64,000 nucleotides of DNA from the NCBI GenBank assembly GCA_947453205.1, contig CANGFT010000002.1, forward strand, positions 55,884 through 119,883, in the 5' to 3' direction. Both the position numbers and the translations under genes were made by a program. Of the stretch, positions 51,639 to 60,781 are shown in pieces (positions within the stretch are counted from its first letter, which is position 1; every line of letters starts with the position of its first letter). Below the pieces are notes generated by a model. The model did not search any database, was not told the DNA's origin, and saw only the letters and a list, made by a program, of their open reading frames with translations. This DNA is from Beijerinckiaceae bacterium. GTDB taxonomy: Bacteria > Pseudomonadota > Alphaproteobacteria > Rhizobiales > Beijerinckiaceae.

Positions 51639-52298
51639 CTACACAGCCGCCACGCCCGTCCCGATCTGGCAGGTCACGCCCGTGCCGCCGAGGCCGCAAT
51701 AGCCGTTCGGGTTCTTGGCGAGATATTGCTGATGATAGGCCTCGGCGTAATAAAACTCCGGGGCGTCGAGGATCTCGGTCGTGATGGCGTTGAAGCCCTT
51801 GGCGGCCAGGGCCGCGCCGAAGCTCGCCTTCGAAGCCTCCGCCGCCGCGCGCTGGGCGGGGGAATAGACATAGACGCCCGAGCGGTACTGGGTGCCCACA
51901 TCATTGCCCTGACGCATGCCCTGGGTCGGATCATGGCTCTCCCAGAAGCATTTCAGGAGCTGCTCAAAGGAAACTTTCGCGGGGTCGAAGACGACCAGCA
52001 CGACCTCGTTATGGCCTGTGAGGCCGGAACAGACCTCCTCGTAGGTGGGATTTGGCGTGAGCCCCGCCGCATAGCCCACGGCGGTGGAATGGACGCCTTC
52101 GCCGAGCTGCCAGAACTTGCGCTCCGCGCCCCAGAAACAGCCAAGGCCGAACATGGCCGTCTCGAAGCCCGCAGGCCATGGCCCTTGCAAGGGATGGCCG
52201 TTGACGGCGTGGCGGGTGGCGGTGGGGATCTTCTGGGTGCGTCCGGGCAGCGCCTCATTCGGGGCCGGCAAGGTCTTGCGCTTCATGAAACCGAACAT
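51639..52298 (-). CDS. msrA: Peptide methionine sulfoxide reductase A
   Basis: [39 protein letters not shown] and GYC. Confidence 0.96.
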   Translation of the reverse strand: MFGFMKRKTLPAPNEALPGRTQKIPTATRHAVNGHPLQGPWPAGFETAMFGLGCFWGAERKFWQLGEGVHSTAVGYAAGLTPNPTYEEVCSGLTGHNEVVLVVFDPAKVSFEQLLKCFWESHDPTQGMRQGNDVGTQYRSGVYVYSPAQRAAAEASKASFGAALAAKGFNAITTEILDAPEFYYAEAYHQQYLAKNPNGYCGLGGTGVTCQIGTGVAAV

Positions 52299-52668
52299 GG
52301 GGCTCTCCTGATCTCGCCCCTATGTAAGCACGCCAGCCGCGCTTTGTAGAGACGCAGGCGTATTCGAAGCCGGCGAAACGCTCATAGCCCGCCCTGCGGC
52401 GGACCATCAGGAGCAGCAGAAGCCCGGACATGCCCACAAGCAGCCCCAGGGGCGCCCGCATGATCTGGACCGCCAGGGGATCCCAGAGCCAGGGGCTGAC
52501 CTTGTCGAGCGCGCCCTGAAGGCCGGGGAGCCGAGGGCGCAGCACATCCTCGGCATAGGTCAGGGAAAGGGCGCCCGCCGCGATGGAGCGCGCGCCATCC
52601 ACGACGGCGGCCACGAAGCCGCCGGTCAGGCAGAGATAGGCGGCGATGACCAGAAAACCCCGCAGCAT
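52255..52668 (-). CDS. Hypothetical membrane protein
   Basis: N-terminal TM helix ([14 protein letters not shown]), WLWDP and a second TM helix. Confidence 0.55.
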   Translation of the reverse strand: MLRGFLVIAAYLCLTGGFVAAVVDGARSIAAGALSLTYAEDVLRPRLPGLQGALDKVSPWLWDPLAVQIMRAPLGLLVGMSGLLLLLMVRRRAGYERFAGFEYACVSTKRGWRAYIGARSGEPHVRFHEAQDLAGPE

Positions 52669-52733
52669 TCTGTCGACACCTCAATCGATACATAACCTTA
52701 GCTGACGAAGGCGAGGCCTGTCCACGCCTGCCC

Positions 52734-53261
52734 TCAGCGCGGCGATGGGGCCCCTGAGCCTCCCGTCGCGCTTCCCATGGTCGAGAGACGGTCGAGCAGG
52801 CGCCCAACGGCGTCGATGCATTCATTCAGCCGGACATCCGGGGGGCAGCGCATATTGACGGCTGATTCGCCCCGGCGCAGATGGATCCGCGTCCCGCTGA
52901 ACGCATGGCTCATCATGGCGGGCCCCATGCCATGGCCCACGGTTGGCCCCATGCCCTGCCCCATGTTTGGCCCCATGCCCTGCCGGAACATGCCCGGACG
53001 CCAGCCGCCAGGACCGCGCCAGCCGCCGTCATCCTCGCCATCCTCATCGCGATACATGCGCTCGCCGCGCCTCATGCGGTCGCGGTCGGCGCCGCCACGA
53101 TCCTGCACGAGCTGTGCGGCGGGCGCGTCAGATCCGGCCGCGATGCGCCCTTCGGGCCGAAAGACCGCGGGATCAGCGGCCTGCGCAAGAGCGCCGCTGT
53201 AGGCGGGCATGGCGCCGGCGACAAGGGCGCAACCCAGGGCGATGATGAGCCTGTGCGTCAT
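52734..53261 (-). CDS. Hypothetical exported Gly/Met-rich protein
   Basis: Signal peptide; GMGP repeats; C-terminal RCP..V.LNECIDA. Confidence 0.6.
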   Translation of the reverse strand: MTHRLIIALGCALVAGAMPAYSGALAQAADPAVFRPEGRIAAGSDAPAAQLVQDRGGADRDRMRRGERMYRDEDGEDDGGWRGPGGWRPGMFRQGMGPNMGQGMGPTVGHGMGPAMMSHAFSGTRIHLRRGESAVNMRCPPDVRLNECIDAVGRLLDRLSTMGSATGGSGAPSPR

Positions 53262-53476
53262 TTGAAAGCCTCTCCGGTGGTGGGACCATGGCTAGAACCC
53301 CCGAGGGATCAGCGGGTTCCCGCCCCGGCGAGGCGCCTTTCGCCTGTGGGGATCGGACACAATCGCCCCCGGCCACGTTTTGCAGCTTGGCGAGACGGAC
53401 GCGATGGTTTATGCCCTGCGCACGTTTGGTTGATTTGCGCGGCGCTGATGCGCCCGGATCAAGCAAACGATGAGCC

Positions 53477-53615
53477 TGCGCCACGGCGCATGCTGCGGAG
53501 GGGTAGCCGAATGGTCTCAGGCGCACAGCGCGCCTGCGGCGCGCGTCCCCTCCAGAAAATTCGCGTGCGCCACGGCGCATGCTGCGGAGGGGTGGCCGAG
53601 TGGTTGAAGGCGCAC
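53477..53615 (+). repeat. Direct repeat (45/50 nt, offset 89 bp) of the tRNA leader plus 5' half
   Basis: TGCGCCACGGCGCATGCTGCGGAGGGGT (28 nt identical) at 53477 and 53566, continuing with 5 mismatches. Confidence 0.85.
53497..53554 (+). ncRNA. Candidate tRNA-Ser-derived mini-tRNA-like element
   Basis: GGAGGGG...CCCCTCC-A acceptor stem, D-arm-like segment and one GC hairpin; no T arm, anticodon arm or CCA. Confidence 0.35.
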
Positions 53616-53675
53616 GCCTGGAAAGTGTGTATACGGGAAACCGTATCGCGGGTTCGAATCCCGCCCCCTCCGCCA
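53586..53675 (+). tRNA. tRNA-Ser (GGA)
   Basis: GGAGGGGTGGCCGAGTGG...CTGGAAA anticodon loop, long variable arm, GGTTCGAATCC and CCCCTCCGCCA. Confidence 0.97.
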
Positions 53676-53719
53676 TACTCCCCTCCATCGCGATCCACCC
53701 CAGATTTCAGACCCCGAAT

Positions 53720-54550
53720 TTTCTCTCGGAAATCCAGCGCCAAGGTGACGGAAATGGGCCTGGGCTCGCTCAAGGACGTGACCCTGGAACAAGCCCGCAA
53801 CGCGCGCGAAGACCAGCGGCGCATCCTCAAATCCGGCCAGAACCCCACCGACGCCCGGCGCGACGCGAAGCGCGCTGACGCGGGCCCGAAGACCGGCAAA
53901 CGCAATTTCGGCCATGTCGCCGACGCGTTCATCAAATCCAAGGGCGCTGGAAGAACGCCAAGCACCGGGCGCAATGGGAAATGACCCTTGGCGACGCCTA
54001 TTGCGCCGCCCTTCGCCCCAAGCCCGTCGATGAAGTGACCACGGCGGACTTACTGACGGTCTTACAACCGATCTGGCAGGCCAAGCCCGAAACGGCCTCC
54101 CGGATCCGGGGGCGCATCGAGGCAGTTCTGGACGCGGCGCGGGTGCAAGAGCTGATCCCCGCCCATGAGGCGACCCCGGCCCGCTGGCGCGGCCAACATG
54201 CGGCGCTGGTCTACGAAGACGTTCCCGCTTTTGTGGCCCGCCTGCGGGAGCGTGAGGCCATGGCCGCGCTGGCGCTCGAACTGGCGATCCTTACGGCTTG
54301 CCGGACGGGCGAAGCGCTGGGCGCCGAGTGGGCCGAGATCAACCTCGCAAAGAAGCTCTGGACCATCCCCGCCTCAAGGATGAAGGCCGGGCGTGAGCAT
54401 CGCGTCCCCCTTTGCGAGCGGGCGGCGGCCATCCTCGAACGGCTGGCGAGCGCGCAGGTGGACGATCAGTTTGTGTTCCCCGGCCAGCGCCGGGGCAAGC
54501 CCCTGTCCAACATGGCGATGGCGATGCTGCTCAGGCGCATGGGCGTTGAC
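53720..54550 (+). pseudogene. Decayed P4-like tyrosine integrase
   Basis: Arm-domain [17 protein letters not shown]; frameshift near 53948 into [14 protein letters not shown]; RTGE and MKAGREHRVPL present; C-terminal HxxR/Y motifs lost. Confidence 0.88.
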
Positions 54551-54673
54551 GACGCGATCATAGAAGCGATCTGCGAAGCCTGGAACAACCTCATCAAGAT
54601 GCCCCAAACAATCAAATCAATCGGGATGAGGGAATGGGCTCATGTGGGTCCATCCGAATAGCCGCTTGCATAA
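54551..54673 (+). mobile_element. IS630-family transposase 3' remnant fused to the integrase frame
   Basis: DAIIEAICEAWNNLIKMPQTIKSIGMREWAHVG resembles the C-terminus of alphaproteobacterial IS630 transposases (recalled, not searched). Confidence 0.6.
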
Positions 54674-54778
54674 TGCAGTTTTGCACGAAGAAGCGTTGCC
54701 CGCGCTGAAGCCGAAGGTAAGTCCCGTCTGCAAAAGGCCGGGCCTTCTCATTCAAGTCAGCATGAGCGGCGGGGTCTT

Positions 54779-56344
54779 TCAGGCTCGGCGCCTTGCGCGC
54801 GGACTGGTGTCTACTGTCGCGATGATTTCCCGCATAAGGCGCTCTATCAACGTCGCCCGCACGCCTGCATAGTCCGGGTCGTCCCAAAGGTTTTGTAACT
54901 CGCCGGGATCCTTGCGAAGATCATAAAGTTCCCCCCAGGCGATATCCTGATAAACCGTCAGCCTGTGCTCCTGCGTCTGCAAGGTCCGAACAACCGCAGG
55001 TTTGGAAAAATTCATGCGGCGTTGCGTATCTTCAAATTCAATCAAAAGCGCTTCGCGAGGCTGGGTGGAGCCATCGAGGTCGCTCAGGAGATTGCGGCCC
55101 TGAATGCCGAAATAGGGCTTGACGCCAGCGCGCGCAAGAATTGTGGGCGCAAGATCGGCGGTCGATGCGAGAATATCCGATTTGCCCGGGTTACGATCGG
55201 CGGGATCCGACCAGATGAAAGGCACATTGTTGATGGAGCGGCGCATGATCGCGCCCTTCAGCATCATGCTGCAATCGCCCAGATAGTCGCCATGGTCGGC
55301 GTTAAAGACGATGACGGTGTCTTCATAGCGGCCAATGGTCTTAAGTTTTTCAACGATGGCGCCGACGGCGTCGTCGATCATCGCGATCATTCCGCAACTG
55401 AGCGCCATGGCTTCGCGAATCTCCCGCTCGCTCGCCATGAATGCTTCCTGCGTCTGGTCAGCGCGCGCGCCTGCCTTCCATTCATCATACAGAAACTGCA
55501 TGGGCGAAATTGGGTTTTTGTGCGCTGTGAAATCAGGCGGCGCGCTGAACTGTTCAGGCTTGTACATATCCCAATATTTGCCAGGAGGCGTGAAGGGATG
55601 ATGCGGGTCAGGAAAGGAGACGAAGGTGAAAAACGGCTTGTCGTCATCTTTGGCGCCTTCGAGCCAGGCGAGCGTGCGGTCGCGGATATAAGCGGTTGGA
55701 TAGAATTCTTCCGGCACAGGCGTGCGCACGGCCTGAGGGCAGATATAGTCATGGGGCGACTGGTTCTGGCGGTCGCGCCAGAAATCCGCCTGGGATGAGG
55801 CCTTGCGAAGCCATTGCAAATAATGCCCGTTGCAGACGTCGCCGTGCCACGTCACCATTTCGACGTGCTCATAGCCGTAATAAGGCAGATTAAACTTGTA
55901 GTAGTCAGCGCCTTCATAACGCGAGGGATCTTCGTTGTCGTAATCGGCTTCGTCCTGGCGCCAGGCTTCCTTGATGGGGCCGAGCGAATCAGGATCGACG
56001 CGGGGCTGGGCGGGAATGCCTGTCATTGGCTGCACATGGCTTTTGCCGATGGCGGCGGTGCGGTAGCCCGATAGACGCAGCGCCTCAACGAAAGTGGATG
56101 CGTCATAAGATAGATCGCAGCCATTGTGGCGAAGCCCATGGGTCGAGGGATAACGTCCCGTCAAAAGTGTGGCGCGGTTTGGCATGCAGACCGGCGATGC
56201 GACATAAAAATTATCAAACTTGACGCCATTTGCGGCGATCGAGTCGATGTTGGGCGTCTTCAGCACGGGATGGCCGGAGCATCCCAGATAATCTGCGCGA
56301 TGCTGATCGGTGATGATGAAGAGAAAGTTCGGCTGTTTCGCCAT
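54779..56344 (-). CDS. Cys-type (formylglycine) sulfatase, no signal peptide
   Basis: QPNFLFIITDQHR, SPVCMPNRATLLTG (CxPxR), GKSH, SFPDPHHP, ADHGD and ELYDL..DPGE. Confidence 0.92.
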   Translation of the reverse strand: MAKQPNFLFIITDQHRADYLGCSGHPVLKTPNIDSIAANGVKFDNFYVASPVCMPNRATLLTGRYPSTHGLRHNGCDLSYDASTFVEALRLSGYRTAAIGKSHVQPMTGIPAQPRVDPDSLGPIKEAWRQDEADYDNEDPSRYEGADYYKFNLPYYGYEHVEMVTWHGDVCNGHYLQWLRKASSQADFWRDRQNQSPHDYICPQAVRTPVPEEFYPTAYIRDRTLAWLEGAKDDDKPFFTFVSFPDPHHPFTPPGKYWDMYKPEQFSAPPDFTAHKNPISPMQFLYDEWKAGARADQTQEAFMASEREIREAMALSCGMIAMIDDAVGAIVEKLKTIGRYEDTVIVFNADHGDYLGDCSMMLKGAIMRRSINNVPFIWSDPADRNPGKSDILASTADLAPTILARAGVKPYFGIQGRNLLSDLDGSTQPREALLIEFEDTQRRMNFSKPAVVRTLQTQEHRLTVYQDIAWGELYDLRKDPGELQNLWDDPDYAGVRATLIERLMREIIATVDTSPRARRRA

Positions 56345-56382
56345 GGTCAAATTCCAATCGAGTGACGCAACGGGTTCACGGA

Positions 56383-57363
56383 TCACTCCGCCTTGATTCC
56401 CGCAGATTTGATGACACGGCCCCAGCGTTCCCGCTCCTGGGCCACCCAGGCGATCGCATCCTGCTCGTCATGACGCGCCGTCGGCGTCTCCGCCATGACG
56501 TCAAACTTAGCCCGCACGTCGGCTTCGTCCAGGATGGGACCGATCTGAGCAGCCATGAAGTCGCGGATGGCCTTCGGTGTGGCGGCCGGCGCAAGCAGGA
56601 GATTGGAGAAGCGTGCTTCAAAACCTGTGATGCCGGCTTCCGTCGCGCTTGGGACGTCTGGCAGCGCGTCGATCCGCGCATTGGCGGAGACGGCGAGCGC
56701 GCGCAGCGCGCCTGATTGCACATGCGGCACGAGCGCGCCTGCAACGATGAAAGTGGCGTCTATCTGGCCGGAAAGCAGATCCTGCAAGGCGAGCGCCGCG
56801 CCGCGATAGGGCACATGCGCGGCCTGGATCGGACTGACCGATTTCAGATATTCCAGCGCCAGATGCCCCGGCGACCCGACGCCCGCCGAACCGAAGGTCA
56901 GAGGCCGCGTCTTGGAGAGCGCAACGAGTTCGGGCCAAGACTTCGCTTGAACGGATTTTGCGTTGACCGCGAGCATCAACAACACATCCTCGACGCGCGC
57001 GACGGGGATCAGGTCCTTTGCGGGATCGAAACCCTGCGATGCGTACATCCACGGATTGGTCGTCAAAACGGAATCGACGGTGTAAAGCCAGGTCGATCCA
57101 TCAGCCGGGGCGTGAGCGACATAGGCCGCGCCGATGTTTCCTCCAGCGCCCGCCTTGTTATCGACGATGATCGTCCGCCCGATCCGCGCCGACATCCTGG
57201 ATGCAAGCACGCGCGCGATGACGTCGGCAGGACCGCCCGGCGCCAAGGGCACCACGATGGAGATGGTCCCCTTGGGCAGCGGATTGTCGGCAAGTTGCGC
57301 GCGGCCAGCGCTTGACGACATGACTGCGGCTAAGCCGAGCAAGCCTGCGACGCATTTGAGCAT
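56383..57363 (-). CDS. Bug/TctC substrate-binding protein
   Basis: VVPLAPGGPADVIAR, DNKAGAGGNIG and HVPYRGAALA. Confidence 0.9.
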   Translation of the reverse strand: MLKCVAGLLGLAAVMSSSAGRAQLADNPLPKGTISIVVPLAPGGPADVIARVLASRMSARIGRTIIVDNKAGAGGNIGAAYVAHAPADGSTWLYTVDSVLTTNPWMYASQGFDPAKDLIPVARVEDVLLMLAVNAKSVQAKSWPELVALSKTRPLTFGSAGVGSPGHLALEYLKSVSPIQAAHVPYRGAALALQDLLSGQIDATFIVAGALVPHVQSGALRALAVSANARIDALPDVPSATEAGITGFEARFSNLLLAPAATPKAIRDFMAAQIGPILDEADVRAKFDVMAETPTARHDEQDAIAWVAQERERWGRVIKSAGIKAE

Positions 57364-57449
57364 GTTTACAGCCCTCCCTTATTTTCTGGCATGTTAAGTC
57401 GTCCTGGGCCTCTCCGCCAGCTTGGGCGGCGAAAATTGTGACCACTTCG

Positions 57450-58277
57450 TCAAACGCCCGCTTGCCAGCTCAAACGCTGGAGCAACAAATGGGCGAGCGC
57501 ATAGCCCGTCGTCGATGACGTCTTCGGGTTGGCGGGGGATGGGTGGCCATCGATGCGGATGGACAGGTCCGCGCAGGCGGATCTGACCGCGATCTCATGT
57601 TGGTTATGCGACACGCCGGGGTCTGCGATCAGGCGCACGCGCGTGGCGTCGAGACCCGCGCCCGCGAGCGCGATGGTGGCGGCCACGTTGGCGTTCTGGG
57701 GAAAGAGGCGCGCTGCGTCGCGGGCCGTTCCTTCGAAAAAGATCGCTTCTTTCTGAAGGTCGGCGAGCGCCACCAGTTCGCCGGCTTTCGTGCCGACCCA
57801 TGCGAGCGGCGGTTTGCGAGACGTATAGAGAACCTCGACAAGGCCCGAGAGCTTCGCCGCGGCGAGAATGTCGAGCCCGCCGATGGCGCCGGGCGAAATG
57901 ATGAGCGCGGCGCCCGAAGCACGCGCAGCCTCCTCAAGCCGGGCGCGCAGGGCGTCGTCGGACAGAGCCCCGACGGCGCTGACGATCAGATCGACGCCCG
58001 CCGCCAGCACCGATGGCCCGGCCTCCGCCAAGGCCTCATGGCCAGCCGCTTCCGCCACGACCTCCGGGCGCGCGGCGAGGAAGGCCTCAAGCGTCGTCTC
58101 GATCCTGACGTCCCGCGCGACGCTGCGGCTCAGGCGCGACGCCCATTGCGCAGCCTTGCCCGCGCTGGCGGGGCGCGCGAGACAGATCAGCGCCTCAAAG
58201 GGTGTGGCGATATTGCGCTCAAGAGCCTCGAAAGCCAGGGTGGCGACAGCGCCATGGCCGATCAGTCCCAGCCTCAC
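57450..58277 (-). CDS. L-aspartate dehydrogenase (NadX)-like protein
   Basis: LIGHGAV Rossmann fold, EAAGH, PGAIGGLD, YTSRKPP, FPQNANVAAT and NPKTS. Confidence 0.85.
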   Translation of the reverse strand: MRLGLIGHGAVATLAFEALERNIATPFEALICLARPASAGKAAQWASRLSRSVARDVRIETTLEAFLAARPEVVAEAAGHEALAEAGPSVLAAGVDLIVSAVGALSDDALRARLEEAARASGAALIISPGAIGGLDILAAAKLSGLVEVLYTSRKPPLAWVGTKAGELVALADLQKEAIFFEGTARDAARLFPQNANVAATIALAGAGLDATRVRLIADPGVSHNQHEIAVRSACADLSIRIDGHPSPANPKTSSTTGYALAHLLLQRLSWQAGV

Positions 58278-59962
58278 CTTGCGCCTCCGGCCGCGCCAGC
58301 AGGAGGACCGCCAAAGGCCGTCGCATAGGGCCCGATGGTCGTCATGTCGACGTCAAGCAGGCTGGGTCCGTCCTGCGCCAGGGCGCGATCAAAGGCGTCC
58401 GCGAAAGCGGCGATGTCGCTGACCCCCTCGTAACGCAAGCCGATGCTCGCGGCGACGAGGCTGAAATCCGGCGTCAACAGTTTGCTGTAGACGCGACGAC
58501 TTTGATATTGCGCGTCCTGAATGTTCTGGATGACGCCATAGGCCTGATCGTTCATGAGGACATAGACGATCTGGCATTGGTGCTCGACCGCGGTCGCAAG
58601 CTCGCCGATGTTCAGCTGCGCGCCGCCATCCCCCAGAAGCGCGACCGTCTTGACGCCCCGGACCGCAAAGGCCGCGCCGATGGCCATGGCTATGCCCTGC
58701 CCGATGCCGCCGCCCAGCGCGTGAACGCCAAGGTGCGGCGAGGCGAGGCGCACATAGCGATTGCCGAAGGTCGAATTGCCGACGGTGACGTCGCGCACCC
58801 AGGGCAGAGCTCCGGCATGGACGCGCGCGCTCAGATGCCGCGCCAGCGCCCCATAGGGCCCGAGCCCCTTTTCAAGATTGGCTTCGGCCTGACGCCGCCC
58901 GGCCGCGAAATCGGCGGCGAAGGACGCATCGGTTTCAAGGCGTGCAGGAAGCCGGGCAAGCAGACCCTCCAGCGCGAGGCGCGCGTCTCCATGAATGAAC
59001 ATGTCGACCGCGCAATTACGGCCGCCCTGGGAGGCGTCGGCGTCGATCTGGATGAGCGGGCGCGGGAACCGCATTTCGTTGTTGCGCGTCTCGTTGCCGC
59101 GCAGGCGCGAGCCGACGACGATCAGGAGGTCGGCGGCGTCATAAAGCGACTGCGTCTCCGGCGTCATGTTGTAGGCGCCGAGCGAATGGGGATGATCCTC
59201 CGGGACGACGGCGCGGCCATTGGCGCTCGTCACGGCGCAGAAGCCCCGCTCCACCAGTTCGGTGGCGGCGGCGCTGGCGGCGCGTGACCCGCCGCCGAGG
59301 AGGAGGATGGGACGACGCGCGGCCCTGACGAGGCGCGCGAGTTCGTCGAGCTGCGCCTCGTCAGGCGTCGCCGCCAGCTGCGCAGGCCGGGGAAAGACTC
59401 TCGGCGTCAAAACCTTGTGACGCTGAACGTCGATCGGGATTTCAAGGCTCACCGGGCCTGAAGGCGCCGACAGGGCGGCGGAGGCCGCGGCCTGCAAGGT
59501 GGGAAGGCAGCCGCGCCCCTCCCAGATGCGGAAATAGGCCTTGGAGACGCCCTTCAGCATCTCCGGCTGCTTTGGCACGTCGTGAATGGCGGCGCGGTCG
59601 CGGTCCATATAGATCGTGTCGAGTTGCGAGGTGATGTGCAGGACTGGAGAGCCCGCCGTCAGCGCCTCGACCTGCGATCCCGCCGCATTGCCCGCCGCCG
59701 TGCCCGTGCTTGTCACGACCACGCCGAGGCTGCGCGACACCCGCGCATAGGCGTCGGCCATGTTCATGGCTCCAGCTTCGCCGCGCGCGGGCACGAAGGT
59801 GATGCGGCCCTGACGGAAGATGGCGTCGAGGATCGGCATGTTGTGAATTGAAATGACGCCGAAGACATGGGTCACGCCGATTTCGGCGAGATAACGCGCG
59901 ACGGCGTCGCCGACCGCCTCCTCGGCAAGCGGCGCGGCGGCGACCAAAGTCATCTCACTCAT
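58274..59962 (-). CDS. Thiamine pyrophosphate-dependent enzyme
   Basis: FGVISIHNMPILD, ARGEAGAMNMADA, GGGIGQG and GDGG...MND..YGVI. Confidence 0.9.
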   Translation of the reverse strand: MSEMTLVAAAPLAEEAVGDAVARYLAEIGVTHVFGVISIHNMPILDAIFRQGRITFVPARGEAGAMNMADAYARVSRSLGVVVTSTGTAAGNAAGSQVEALTAGSPVLHITSQLDTIYMDRDRAAIHDVPKQPEMLKGVSKAYFRIWEGRGCLPTLQAAASAALSAPSGPVSLEIPIDVQRHKVLTPRVFPRPAQLAATPDEAQLDELARLVRAARRPILLLGGGSRAASAAATELVERGFCAVTSANGRAVVPEDHPHSLGAYNMTPETQSLYDAADLLIVVGSRLRGNETRNNEMRFPRPLIQIDADASQGGRNCAVDMFIHGDARLALEGLLARLPARLETDASFAADFAAGRRQAEANLEKGLGPYGALARHLSARVHAGALPWVRDVTVGNSTFGNRYVRLASPHLGVHALGGGIGQGIAMAIGAAFAVRGVKTVALLGDGGAQLNIGELATAVEHQCQIVYVLMNDQAYGVIQNIQDAQYQSRRVYSKLLTPDFSLVAASIGLRYEGVSDIAAFADAFDRALAQDGPSLLDVDMTTIGPYATAFGGPPAGAAGGAR

Positions 59963-59969
59963 GGCGACC

Positions 59970-60761
59970 TCATATGAACCTTGAAACGCCGCCCGAAATC
60001 TCAAGGGCGGCGCCTGTGACATAGGCCGAGGCGGGGGAGGCCAGGAAGACGATGGCGCGCGCCACCTCGTCCGGCTTGCCGAGACGGCCGAGCGGGATAT
60101 GTTTCGACTTCGCGAGTTCGGCCAGCCAGACGTCGCGGCTCTGCGACTTGTCCGCCCGCGCCTCGAACCTGCGCTCCCATTGGCCGGACTCGATGAGGCC
60201 AAGCAGGACGGAATTGACGCGGATCGTCGGCGCGAATTCAACCGACAGGGACTTCAGGAGATTCTGCACCCCGGCGCGCGCGGCGGAGGTGCAGACCATA
60301 TGCGCCTCGGGCTGCATGGCGAGGAGCGAATTGACCGCCAGAATGGAGGCCGCATCGCTTTGGGCGAGCAAAGGCTTGAAGGCGCGGATGGGCAGCACCT
60401 GGCTGAAGAACTTCAGGTCGAGCTCAGCGCGCCAATCCTCGTCCGATGTCGTCTGGAACGTCGAAACGCGCCCTTGCCCCGCATTGTTGACGAGCAGGTC
60501 AAGCCGCCCGCGCCAGGCCTCGACGGCGCCGGCGAAAGCGGCGACATCCTGCGACTTCGTCACGTCGCAGGCCCTCGCCAGCAGCCGTCCGGCGCCATAG
60601 CGTTCCGCAAAGACCGCAGCGACTTTCGACAGCCGGGCTTCGTCGCGGCCGCACAAGGCGACGTCGGCGCCTTCCTGCAGAAGAACCTCCACACAGGCTA
60701 GCCCGATGCCGGAGGTTCCGCCGGTCACGACGGCGACGCGTCCATTCAGCCCCAGATCCAT
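59970..60761 (-). CDS. SDR family oxidoreductase (atypical: M-x-x-T-S-A-A-R in place of YxxxK)
   Basis: TGGTSGIG, NNAG and HMVCTSAARAG. Confidence 0.88.
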   Translation of the reverse strand: MDLGLNGRVAVVTGGTSGIGLACVEVLLQEGADVALCGRDEARLSKVAAVFAERYGAGRLLARACDVTKSQDVAAFAGAVEAWRGRLDLLVNNAGQGRVSTFQTTSDEDWRAELDLKFFSQVLPIRAFKPLLAQSDAASILAVNSLLAMQPEAHMVCTSAARAGVQNLLKSLSVEFAPTIRVNSVLLGLIESGQWERRFEARADKSQSRDVWLAELAKSKHIPLGRLGKPDEVARAIVFLASPASAYVTGAALEISGGVSRFI

Positions 60762-60781
60762 TTCGCCCCCTCGCCCCGGAC

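Noticed and set aside
53477-53615. Repeat with 89-bp period considered as a CRISPR array
   Set aside because: Only two copies, derived from tRNA sequence, and no cas genes
52881-53984. 367-aa ORF running through the tRNA
   Set aside because: It overlaps tRNA-Ser; only its last ~85 codons are integrase remnant
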